This document shows positions 13,148 through 24,964 of a stretch of DNA of 64,000 nucleotides, piece after piece. Source of the DNA: Eledone cirrhosa (lineage: Eukaryota); contig OZ024740.1 in the NCBI GenBank assembly GCA_964016885.1, positions 278,876,001 through 278,940,000 of the forward strand, given 5' to 3'. The notes under the pieces were generated by a model. That model did not search any database. It was not told where the DNA came from and worked only from the letters and a program-made list of their open reading frames with translations. Every line of letters begins with the position of its first letter. The first letter of the stretch is position 1. Made by a program: the position numbers and the translations under genes.

Positions 13148-14029
13148 ATATATACATACATACATACATACATACATACATACATACATACATACATACA
13201 TACATACATACATACATACATACATACATACATACAGTATCAAATTATTCAAGCATAATCAAAGTAATTATTAACATTTAAATAAAGAGATAGTCAGATC
13301 AGACCAAGTAAACAAAATTGCTGATACAACTCCTGGTAAAAGGAACAACGTGATATGATGGCTGCAGCTTAATAACATGTCTTCCCCAAAAATAGTGGTT
13401 AGTGCATGTTGGTGATTCGTTTAACGAGAAATAGGGATGGAGACCAGCAGTTGGTTTTTTTTTCCATGGTCAGTAGAAAGCTGTTATTTGTACAAATATA
13501 TCATGTAAAGACAATTTTATAGAAACAAGAAATAAAGTTTTTTATCAAGAACACTATGTTTCGCCTGGTCCAATAATCGAACCCACGACTCTATTATCAT
13601 TAAGCAACACTAAGCCACCTGCCTTAACTCAAGTGAATGTACGCGCGCGCATAAATATGTATGTACCCGCCCGCAAAAGGGGATCCCATCATTTACTAAG
13701 TCAATTTTTTTATCTAAGGGAAATAACTCTTGTAAACTAGATCTAATCAATTGTTTCCAGGGAAATAACTCTTATGTTCTTTGCTCCTGTTTATTCGGCT
13801 GTAGAAATGAGTTGCGGAGTCACTGGTGCCAAGCTGTATCGGCCATAGCCTTTCCCTTGGATATCATCGATGGTGTGGAGAGGGGAGGCTGGTATTCATG
13901 GGCGACTACTGGTCTTCGACAAACAATCTTACCCGGACTTGTGTCTCGGAGGGGAACTTTCTAGGTTCAAATACCATGGTCAAACGTGACCGAAGGAGAG
14001 TCTTCTCTATTAGATACAATATGATGGTG

Positions 14030-14238
14030 GTGGATTGCTAGTATAGGTAGAGTGCCGGACAACATGCTTTGCAGCAAAGAGTTACGGTCCTTTGTGTTCT
14101 GAGTTCAAATCCCGGTAAGGTTAGCTTTGCCTTTCATTTTTACGGGGTCGATAAAATAAAGTACCAGTAATGCACTGGGATCGAATTTCCCCTCCCCAAA
14201 AATTGTTGGCCTTGTGCCTAAATCAGAAACCATTATTA
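14030..14238 (+). mobile_element. Nin-type tRNA-derived SINE
   Basis: GAGTTCAAATCC B-box, then TTTGCCTTTCAT..GGGGTCGATAAAATAAAGTACCAG and an (ATT) tail. More than 20 copies or fragments occur in the window. Confidence 0.8.
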
Positions 14239-14631
14239 GATACGATACGAAAATGTATTTTTTATGAAATCATATGAACAGAAGCCATTTTCATTTTTCC
14301 TCACACCAGCTCTAGAGAGGTTGTCTATAAGGACCTATCTACCTTGTATTAGTTTTTAGTTAGAGTGACTGTTCTCCTAGGTGGGTTGCCTTCACTGTGG
14401 CTTATGGAGTCCACATCTACCCCGTGCAGTTTTATTTATTCAGAGCAACAGCCCTCCAGGTCAGACAGCCTCCCCCGTGGGTTACACACCCCATGTCTTC
14501 CATAAGGTTACGCATGCACGTTTATTCAGGCTAATTGTACAGCTACAGAACATACCCGTATCTTCATAGAAATATGCTTTTAGCAGAAATGTTTGATAGT
14601 CTATGCTATGTGTGTGTTTGTGTGTGTGTGT

Positions 14632-14664
<33 letters not shown>

Positions 14665-14665
<1 letters not shown>

Positions 14666-14829
14666 CCCGCCCGTCCCTTCAACTTCAATCTATCTTATTT
14701 CTCATTCTTTCTTCTGATGAAGGACTAGCGTCCGAAACGTCATGACCCTCTTCCTGGTATTTCAAGCATTAACCTAATATATTCCTTTCATATACTGTAC
14801 CGATGGTGTTGATATTTCTGTTTACCTTT

Positions 14830-14832
<3 letters not shown>
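14665..14832 (+). mobile_element. ~170-bp (TA)n-flanked element with hammerhead ribozyme core
   Basis: CTGATGA-A-GGAC-tagc-GTCC-GAAAC-GTC at 14714-14741. Confidence 0.65.
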
Positions 14833-14861
<29 letters not shown>

Positions 14862-15569
14862 ATATTTAAAATTGTGTCATATTTGAGATAATCTCGAACA
14901 TGCGCCTTATCACCTAAGAATAAGCTCAAAGAAAATCCAAGGAATAAATGTGAGCATTTAATCAATTACTAGTGATTGACATATATATACATACATATAT
15001 ATAATGATATAATAGAACATATCAACTTTAAGAGGAGATAATCTGTATTGAATGTAAGAACACATGGCTCATTACGGCATCATATTAAAATCTAACAAAA
15101 ATTTAAAATATAGATACCTGATAAAAATTATATATATTTCTCCTATATATGTATCCTTCAGAAATCATGAATACGTTTCAATAAAATATCAGTGTAGTTA
15201 GATGATCGATCTGGATCGTCAGAAAAGGTAATCGATCCATCTGAACTAAAATTCAGAACTGAGAACAGCGAAAGAAGCATATGGTCTTATAAAAAAAAAA
15301 CACTGCACACTGTCAGTGTCCCAGTGACGTGAAAGGGTTTAAGAAAAACTAGAAATAGCAGCCTAATTTCTCAACATAGTGAAAGCTCAACCAAGTAGGA
15401 GCATAAATATATTTGTTAGAAGAGTGTATTATGCATGAATAAATATGGAAATATATGAATTTATTCAAAAGTGGCTAAAAACTATAAAATAACTATTTTT
15501 ATCAGTATTTCTGCAAAGTTTGTTTTTTTTCCAGTATTTTCATTCAAGTTAGTTAACAACCTTGTTATA

Positions 15570-16155
15570 CGAGGGTCGGCAGAAAAGTTCATAAGTTAAC
15601 CAAGATTTTTTTAGATGACGCTAAATGCCGCCAGTTGTAAACTGCTCATCAATATGAGATATCTCTCTCCACAAAGTTCTATCACCAGCAGCAGAGTTCA
15701 AAGAGCAAAGATCAAGTCCAGTCCATAAGTTGAGATTGTCAAGCCATCGTTTTGGCTGCCGGCCTCTGCTTCTCTTACCAGCCAACCTTGTTTCCAGGCA
15801 TAACCTACTCACACCACGAGTTGATCTTTTTATATGACCGTATAGTTCGAGTACTCTTGACTTGACAATTGATGTAATTGGTCTAAATTTGGTAATGTTG
15901 AGCAGCTCACTGATACAGATACGGTCGCTGAGTCGTTTGCCAGTCATAAGTCTCATGATGTGGTTCTGGAATGTAGAGAGCTTCTGACCAAGATACTCTT
16001 ATGGAATGATCAAATGAGGTTTATTTTTCAACATAGTCCATGGAAAGAAATAACGCAGTTATTAATAAGAAGAACTAAAATGAATGCATGCAAGATTTCA
16101 CAGCAATAACGTTCCTACTTCATAAGCAGCCTTTGAACTTTTCAACCAACCTTCG
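15570..16155. mobile_element. mariner MITE split by a LINE insertion
   Basis: TA-CGAGGGTCGGCAGAAAAGTTC ... GAACTTTTCAACCAACCTTCG-TA; the halves rejoin to match 26941-27138. Confidence 0.8.
15607..15986 (-). mobile_element. RTE-like LINE 3' fragment with TSD
   Basis: ORF LELYGHIKR..GKRSRGRQPKRWLD; short A tail; TSD ACCAAGAT at 15599-15606 and 15987-15994. Confidence 0.85.
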
Positions 16156-16448
16156 TACATACACTCACAAGGCATTGGTCAATTAGAAGCTATAGTAGAA
16201 GACACTTGACTAAGGCAAGTTACTGTGCAGTGATATACAACCAGTGGTTGCTTATTGAACTTCTTAGCCACGCTATTATGTCTATACTCAAAGCCACGGT
16301 ATTATTCATTTTTTTTAAATAAATGCAAATTTAAATAACTCCTTGAAACTCTTAAATTTGTTATTGCTTATTTGGAAATGGATTTGAATTAAACTGAAGA
16401 ATTCGGAAAGAGGTTTAAATAGATTAAAAGCTAATAAGGTTGTAAAAA

Positions 16449-17665
16449 CGAGGTTTCTCCCAAAAGTAAGAGTACTGATGTTTCATATTAGAGGTACATG
16501 AAATTACAACCCTTGGGAAGTCTCCCAGTGGTTCCAACGTTTTTTTTTCCATTGTTTATAGCAGTACCAAAAGTCATTTTCTGTGAGTGTCCTTAGCTCG
16601 TTGGTTACAATTTTTTGTATGTTTTTCACAGTCCCAAAATGATTACCCTTCAAATTCGAGAACGGGTTGAAACCACACAGAGGATGTAAGGAGGATGTTG
16701 AACAGTGGGAATGTTTTTCTTCACCTAAAATTCTCTAGTTGAAAGTACTCTGTAAGCATAGGCGTGTAATCATGGTACAGTACTCAATCTACTGAAATGT
16801 CATTTCGGACTCCCTGGACCCATTTTCGAAGTCGCTCCGAGACATTTTTGTCGAAGGTGCGATTAACTGTCTGTTCTGGAGGTAAAAATTCTTTGTGAAC
16901 AATACCAAGGCTATCGAAAAAAATGATAATCATTGTTTTTACTCGGGATCTGCTCATGCGTACTTTCTTTGGTCAAGGTGAATTTTTGCCATTTTGTTTC
17001 TGGATCGTACTCGAACACCCATGATTCTGTTACTATTTTATCCAAGAAATTTGGCTCAGTTTCGTGTCTTTCTAGCAAATCCTGATAAATTTCCAACCGG
17101 TTCGCTTTTTGCACCACAGACAAGTGTTTGGACACTAGTTTAGCACAAATTCGCATGTGCAAATGGTCTGTTAAAATTCAGTGAACTGCATTTTTAGCCA
17201 AGCTATTTCTTCTGCAATCATCCCAACACTTAGTTGGCCATCACCGTTCGCACCACTTCAATATTTTGTTCATTTATTGACGAAATTGACCTTTCAGAAC
17301 GACATTTTCTCGGCCCTCTTTTAAAGCTTTGTACTATTTAAAAACTTTACTTCTCGATAGGGTGACATTTCCATAAGCTTGTGTTAAAGAATTAAATGTT
17401 TCGGTGGCAGATATGTTGAGTTTCACAAAACAATCTGATTTCGTACCATTGTTTAATATTTTCCTGCATCGCAAACGTAACAGATGTTACAAGCATGTCT
17501 GTACATAAACAGCAATAACTCACGACTGATTTAACTGATCGTGTTGAAACAAGTATGCACGTCCAGCCAAGGTCATAACCAACACGTTTATATGCATCAA
17601 CGGGGTACTGTATTACAATGTTGTACATAGGAAAATCAATACCCTTACTTTGGGGACAAACCTCG
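16449..17665 (-). mobile_element. mariner DNA transposon, decayed transposase
   Basis: Imperfect ~35-bp TIRs CGAGGTTT.TCCC.AAAGTAAG.GTA.TGAT, with TA on the right flank. Peptides RICAKLVSKHLS and FLDKIVTESWVFEYDPETKWQ are mariner transposase motifs; frameshifted. Confidence 0.9.
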
Positions 17666-18255
17666 TATAATAACATAAAGAGATTAGATTCTTTAGCTAT
17701 TTTGAAAATAGTAGTATATTGAGGAAGCGTGTTTTTACAGCAAAACCTTATTCCTGGCGTTGGTTCCTTCTAATTAAGCCTAACAATCCTCCAATTTAGG
17801 CTGGTGGAAATGAAAAATTACAATAATGCTTAACCTTTTTGAGGCCAAACCACCTGAAATTACCCCTGGTTCTGTGATACAAAGCTGTTTATTTTAAAGT
17901 GTTTATCCTAATTCAAAAACCTTTCATCACAATTATACTTAAGAAATTTTCTTAAGTTATATTACAAACAACATATCATCATTGTCATCGTTTTTACGTG
18001 TTTTTCCACGCTTACATGGGTTAGACAGGTCCTTTAAACCACATCTCTCCACTCTTTACATTCTTTTGTCATCTCCTCTGACAGTCTCAGCAATTTGAGA
18101 TCAGCTTTCACTACCTCTGCCCAGGCTTCCTTGATTCCTTCTTTTTTTAAGAGAATATAAACCGATGAAATCATTTGTGCTGCTGGTATTTTGTGTGTAT
18201 GTGAGTGTGTGCATGATTTTTATATTTGTACAGACTTTTTAGCCCAGCATGTTGA

Positions 18256-18296
18256 TTTCTTCTTCTTCTTCTTCTTCTTCTTCTTCTTCTTCTTCT

Positions 18297-18331
<35 letters not shown>

Positions 18332-18333
18332 TT
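18256..18333. repeat. (TTC)n microsatellite
   Basis: Read directly from sequence. Confidence 0.95.
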
Positions 18334-18344
18334 CAGACACGCCT

Positions 18345-19600
18345 TCCAGGGTGTCCACTACGGCTGTCCTCAACCCCTTCTTGTTTATTATTGTCCTTGG
18401 CCATAATAGAAGATTTAAAACTGGCTACTGCTCTTATATGCTGATGATTTAGTTCTCATAGCTGAAACTGTGGCAGAATTAGAGAAGAAATTCCACACAT
18501 GGTTGTAAAACCTGGAATCAAAAGATTTCAGAGTCAATCTAGCAAAGTCAAAAGTCCTAATAAATAAAAAAGAAAACAAGGTTCTGATTTCCTCAGGGAA
18601 ATGGCCTTGCTCAGTATACAGGAAAGGAGTAGGAAGAAATTCTATCATATGTACAAAATGTACACAAAAGATGTAGTGGGATCACATGTAAGCTAACAAA
18701 GATTGTAGGCTTTGTATGAGGTTATAGCGGAAATTACTAGCGGTGTATGAATGTAACAAGGAGACATGGTTTGTGTGTATAATATTTAATCAACAAGTTA
18801 ACAGTATAGTTGACATGTCAATGAATAAACGAAAGAATGAAACAAAGTTAGTAGTTACCGTTTTGATTGCCAGGCAAACGCGGGCTGGCAGAAGACGCCT
18901 GGCGAAGGCCAGGCGCCGGAAGGGTAAATGAGAGAGTGAGAACTTAAAGTTGTTAGTTTTATAGGGTTCTGACCGGAAGTTACAGAAAGGGTTCTACTTC
19001 CCGTCTAGATGTTGTTAATCTATTGGGGTTGTGAGTCACAACAAGGGAGGCAACTTCCACAAGGTCAATGCACAGAAGCAACACAATAGCCAGAGTGAGG
19101 ATGGACTGGAAAAAGTTCCGGGAGCTACTACCACTGCTTGCTACAAAAGGTCTCTCTCTTTCAGAGTGAAAGGCAAATGGTATGATGCTTGTGTGTGAAC
19201 AGTAATGCTACATGGTAGTAAGACTTGGGCTTTGTGTATGGTGGTACTACAGAGATTGGAAATAAATTAGGCAAGCATCCTTCAATGGATGTGTAATTGT
19301 AGTATACATGAGTGACGAAGTATGAATGAGCTGAGCAAAACTGGCTATAAGAGGCATTGATTGCAGCATGCAGAAGAGAAGACTGTGATAGTATGGGCAT
19401 GTGATGCACATGAAGGATGACAACTGCATATAAACTGAGTGCTCAAAGTCAAAGGAACCCTTGAAAGAGGAAGACCTAGGAAAACGCGGGATGATGTGAA
19501 GGTCGATCTCATGCAGCTGAATTTCATAAAAAAGATGACCCAGAATCTAGAAAACTGACGATATACCATAATACAGAGAACTAGCCTTCTCATGCCAGTG
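18345..19600 (+). mobile_element. degraded RTE-like LINE (RT to 3' end) interrupted by a solo LTR
   Basis: GVHYG..LLYADDLVLIAE, a Cys-rich segment SGKWPCSV..KRCSGI..GFV*GQC, then YGHV and RGRPRKT. Confidence 0.75.
18723..19061 (-). mobile_element. solo LTR (probably Gypsy)
   Basis: 4-bp TSD AGGT (18719-22 and 19062-65). The minus strand starts TGTGG and has TATAAAA (18957-63) and ATTAAA (18785-90). Removing it restores the host LINE frame. Confidence 0.7.
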
Positions 19601-20454
19601 GAATGAAGAAACACAAAGAGGGTGGCATACCACATACCTCCCTCCACTCTAAACCTGATAAAATAGAGAAGTGATACAATACTTGGGTCCCACCCCTACC
19701 CTGCTTGTGTACTCCTGGATTCCTTGCCAGCATGCCTCTTATCCCTTTCTTCGCCATAAACTCAAAGGAGCAGAGTAGTAAAACAACTCACAAGTCATTG
19801 CCTGGTCCAACCCATGCTAGCATGGAAAGCTAGAATAAACCTTGACTGATTCACCACTCCTGCTGAACCCTTGCACCCCCAACACTTTTTCAAACCATGA
19901 AAGTATGACACATACCGAAATGATAGACATTACCCACCCACTTTCTCCAAGCAGCATATAAACACCCCTTTTAGGCCATCAAGGAAAAACAAGCACACTC
20001 CAACAATATGACACTATCCACTTCAAGGCCATCATCATTCCCTACCCTCAAGCTGTGTAATGTATGTATCTCTGCCAATGCCTCCTGAGAAAACACTAGT
20101 GCCACAACGAAAAGCACTTAGTTCACCCTGTAAAAGTGGTAGGGTCAGCATCACCATAAAATGCTCACAGCCCACACTGTAAAGTAGTTGGTTTTAGGAA
20201 GGGCATCCAGCCATAGAAACCATTCACCCAATACATGATGTAAAGTTGTTGACATTAGGAAGAGCATCCAGCCAAAACAAAATGTACAAGCTGGACCTAG
20301 TCACCTGACTGGTCAGGCCTTAGCACATGACAGCTGTCAAACCTATGCATGAAAAAATGAACATTAAATAGTGATGATGAGGATGATGATGATATATATA
20401 TCTACATGATATATATTTGCTTACCTGGTACACATACACACACATATATACATA

Positions 20455-20970
20455 CTGCCTGTCTCATTATATCCTCATATCTAAGGGTTCGGGGGCTCAT
20501 GGACTTATGGAGCACAACTCTCCATCTTTTCCTGTCTCTTGCCATTGTCGTACATTCCGCCAAACTCCTTCCTGTCAATTCCTTAATGTCATCTGTCCAT
20601 CTCCTTTTCACATATAAATATACATACATATCTATCTATCTAAGGCGGGTAAAATTCCTGAGATCCATGGACGAGTTCTCTCCAGCGGTCTCTGTCCCTC
20701 ATTATCGCTGCCATATCCTGCATCTCCAACAGACCAGTGTCTGTCCTTAGGGCATCAACATATGTTAACCTTGGTCTTCCCCTTCTAGTGTGTCCATGTA
20801 GGGGCTCCCAAAGGAGCACTGAGTGCAATGTCAACTCTGGATGTCGGTGAGCATGTCCAGCCAACCTCAGTCTCCTCTGTGTCACTTTTGAGCTGACTTT
20901 TGGGATGCTCCCATACAGCTCTGAGTTTTTCATCCTCAGTATATACTGATTAATGTTCAGAGCCATCCTC
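20455..20970 (-). mobile_element. two tandem RTE 3' fragments
   Basis: RRLRLAGHAHRH..RRGRPRLTYVD..DRDRWR and RRWTDDIKE..ARDRKRWR. Confidence 0.8.
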
Positions 20971-21274
20971 ATACATATACATACACATATATATATACAT
21001 GCATATATAAACACACACACATACTTTTATTGGTTATTGGTTACAGACACTGCTCCACCTTGAACAGTTTTAGCTAATTATGACAATACACACCTCGCCC
21101 CTACCCCACCTTAGAAATTCATTTGATACAAATTTTATCTTCCTGTCAAGGAAAAAGAAAGCAAAGTCAACTAGGTATAAAAGGGTTTAAACTCTGACGG
21201 AACCAGATACTGCTCTACTGAGGTCCACACAAAGTTCCAACTAATAAATTTCATCCATACAGCTTTAGGTGACA

Positions 21275-22230
21275 CATGCAAAGTGGTCATGTTGGTGTCA
21301 CGACAGGAAACACCCAGTCCACACTGTAAAGTAGTTGTGTAGCTGTCACAACAGAAAACACCCAGTCCACCCTGTAAAGTAGTCGTGTAGGTGTCACAAC
21401 AGAAAACACCCAGTCCACACTGCAAAGTGGTCATGTTGGTGTCACAACAGAAAATGCACAGTCCACACTGTAAAGTAGTCGTGTAGGTGTCACAACAGAA
21501 AATGCACAGTCCACACTGTAAAGTAGTCGTGTAGGTGTCACAACAGAAAACACCCAGTCCACACTGTAAAGTAGTCGTGTAGGTGTCACAACAGAAAACA
21601 CCCAGTCCACACTGTAAAGTAGTCGTGTAGGTGTCACAACAGAAAACACCCAGTCCACACTGTAAAGTAGTCGTGTAGGTGTCACAACAGAAAACACCCA
21701 GTCCACACTGTAAAGTAGTCGTGTAGGTGTCACAACAGAAAACACCCAGTCCACACTGTAAAGTAGTCATGTAGGTGTCACAACAGAAAACACCCAGTCC
21801 ACACTGTAAAGTAGTCGTGTAGGTGTCACAACAGAAAACACCCAGTCCACACTGTAAAGTAGTCATGTAGGTGTCACAACAGAAAACACCCAGTCCACAC
21901 TGTAAAGTAGTCGTGTAGGTGTCACAACAGAAAACACCCAGTCCACACTGTAAAGTAGTCGTGTAGGTGTCACAACAGAAAACACCCAGTCCACACTGTA
22001 AAGTAGTCGTGTAGGTGTCACAACAGAAAATGCACAGTCCACACTGTAAAGTAGTCGTGTAGGTGTCACAACAGAAAATGCACAGTCCACACTGTAAAGT
22101 AGTCGTGTAGGTGTCACAACAGAAAATGCACAGTCCACACTGTAAAGTAGTCGTGTAGGTGTCACAACAAAAGCACCCAGCCCACACTGTAAAATGGTCG
22201 TTTTGGTGGCACCCAGTACACACTGTAAAT
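21275..22230. repeat. 48-bp minisatellite, about 20 units, inside a (GAT)n-tailed retroposon (element extends to about 22397)
   Basis: Unit cccagtccacactgtaaagtagtcgtgtaggtgtcacaacagaaaaca; continues into TTAGGAAGG.CATCCAGC...CCCATGCTAGCATGGAAAA..(GAT)n. Confidence 0.93.
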
Positions 22231-23055
22231 GTGGTTAGCATTAGGAAGGACATCCAGCTGTAGAAACCAAGCCAAAATCAGTTCTGTATGAGCAAGATGT
22301 GGTCATCTGATCTTGCTTGTCTCACAACGGGACAACTCATCTAACCCATGCTAGCATGGAAAAACGGACGTTAAACGATGATGATGATGATAATGATGAC
22401 TTTGAGAGAAAACATTTGCCCAATATGTTGCACAATGGGAATGATCTCAAATCTGTTATGCAGGTCCATAGGGCTCAGGGAGGCTTCAAAACATTCTAGG
22501 TGGACACACTAATTCCCTAAGGAACTTTTTAACCAGCTTCTTTAATTAACTTGTTTTGTTTGTTTTTAATTTTATTTTTGTTCTTTTTTTGTGTTGTTTT
22601 AAGAAGGAAATATAATCAAGTCAAGTCTTCAAGGAATGTATTTCAGGACATTTAAAAAAAAAACTCAAGGGTTACTTTCTTCTGAACCCTCTTTTTGGAG
22701 TCATGAGATATGCAGTCTTTGTGCATCCATCCTATGGTTTCCAGGACAGGTTGCAGGCCCATTGCCAGTTTTTACAGCATGAAATGGAGACTGCAATATA
22801 TTTTTCCAAAAGACCCCTCTACCTAAGGCCTGAACGTGTCCCTTGTTAACTTGTGTGAAGGACGATGCGGTATGATTAACTCTATTTTCTAAATCTGAAG
22901 GTACACCACTGAAAAATAGGGGGATGGGGAGAGGCAGTAACCATCCAGTGCCCTCCCTTGGTAACAAGCCCAACGTGATTGTAAAAACAAACTTTTTAAA
23001 CATGCAATCATGCCAATTTGATGTTGAAAAAAAAAAACGTTGGATGTGATACTGT

Positions 23056-23284
23056 TTAACCAATTAGCATTTAAGCCAGCTGTATCCGGCTAGAATTCTC
23101 TCACCTCTTTCTGTTCAAACCGGCTGTAACCAGCTGCTCATACTGATATTAAGGTATTCTTCTCAAAATAAATAATATCAAAATCTCACAAATTTGATAT
23201 TATGTGAGATAATTATGTGAAGTAAAGCCTTTACCATGAAAATATAATAGTAAATATAGAGTAATGTGAATGCTAAATGGTTAA
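23056..23284 (+). mobile_element. piggyBac-type MITE family A
   Basis: TTAA-flanked with degenerate TIR CCCTTTAGCATTTA; body shared with 7 other copies. Confidence 0.8.
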
Positions 23285-24620
23285 TGAAAATATAAACTAA
23301 ATAAATAAACCAAACAACATATTTTTAATTATATATTATATATTTTAATTATATATTATATTCAACAACAAATAACAGTGGAAAAAAAAGATGCAACGCA
23401 CAAAAAAATAAAGCAATGTTACTATTGTTTAAAAAAGAAAGACTTTTCCTTGTTATGTTTTTCTTTTTTCTTTACTTCTCTCCTTTTTTATATAAATCTT
23501 GCAATAATGATAATAATAATAATAGTAATAATAATAATATTTATAAAACTAAGAGCAGTGAATTGGCAGTAGTAAAATAGTGAAGTTGAGAGTCAGACTA
23601 ACTAGATGCCTTACAACATTTAGTCTCATCTCTCAACATACCAAGTTCAAATCCTGCTAAGGGTAGAATGGAGTGGGGGGTGGTCCATTGAATTTTATTC
23701 TTCCAAGGGGAAATAAAATGTGTTAACTATATATTTTACTGGAGGTTGATTTAGTTGACTGGGCTCATTCCACTTAAAAATTTCAGCTTTGAACTCCAAT
23801 CAAATATATATACATATATATAATTTCTTCTGGTCAGTGTTGTTGGCTCTCAGCAGAATAGTTGAATGGTGGGGCTGTCATGTTGGTAACGAGCTGATGT
23901 GCCACATGTCACCATTAGTCTCAATAAAGGTGGCGCTACCAAGAGCAAAGCTCTAGAAGGTAACGCTCTCTTGGATCTACAGAACATGCCCCCTTGCCGC
24001 AACAAGGCATGACTCAGGAAGAGGCCCTACACCAGATGGCTGGACGTGATTAAGGAAGATCTTCAGAGGCTCAACGTCACCTTGGATGACACAGAGGGGC
24101 TGGCACAGGACTGCCAATGATGGAGGGCATTGGTGGACTGGGTCAACTCTACAAACAATGACACCCCTTGGAACACTGACCAGAATGATCCCAGCCCCAT
24201 CAAGCAAGAGAAATATCTATACATACATATAATTTAGGTGTAGATATGGCTGTGTGGCTAAAGAGTTCCACTTTGTAACTAAGTGTTTCTGGATTCAATC
24301 CCACTGCACAGCACCTTAGGCAAGTGTCTTTTACTATAGCCTTGAGTTGACTAATGCTTTATGAGTGGAAATTGCAGAAGCCAGTCACATGTATATATGT
24401 GTGTGTGTGTGTGTCTGTGTTCATATTTGTGCCTATGTCTATGTCCCAATACTTAACAGTTCAACAAAAAGAGATCCCTAAAATATGCTCCAGGCTTGAG
24501 AAAATAAGTATTGAAGTCGATATAATTGACTAAAATTTATTTAAGGTGGTGCCTCCACATATAATTTACAAAGAATAATTTACAAAGCTGAATCAGTTGA
24601 GTTGACAAGAAACAAGCACG

Positions 24621-24964
24621 CTAGGCTTTCCTTACTATGTTTAGCAAGACGTATGCTGTATTTGAATTAATCTAGGCTTAACCCATTCCTTACCATATTT
24701 ACCAAGACATATGCTGTATTTGAATTAATCTAGGCTTAACCCTTTCCTTACAATATTTATCAAGACATACACTATATTTGAATTAATTTATGAGGAATTT
24801 TGAAGGATTTACTAAAATTAATTATCTAATTATTAAGATGGTATTTGTAACATAACTTGAGGATTTTAATATATATTGAAACCTTTTAAAGTGGAAGCTT
24901 TTATTTCATAGAAAAAATGGCAGTTTGGAGTTACATTGGTATCAAGGATATCAAAGGGGTTAAG
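24621..24964. mobile_element. piggyBac-type MITE family B with triplicated end
   Basis: Ends GATATCAAAGGGG-TTAA; a 58-bp unit is repeated three times at the left end. Relatives at about 17830, 29459-29674 and 48452. Confidence 0.6.

Noticed and set aside
18191-18452. Poly-Ser and poly-Phe ORFs
   Set aside because: A (TTC)n tract abutting a LINE fragment.
21275-22230. Regular array resembling a CRISPR locus
   Set aside because: Head-to-tail 48-bp units with no unique spacers, no cas genes and a eukaryotic context.
21171-22253. 360-aa Cys-rich ORF as a gene
   Set aside because: It is the stop-free frame of a 48-bp (3n) minisatellite within a dispersed retroposon. No splice or promoter support.
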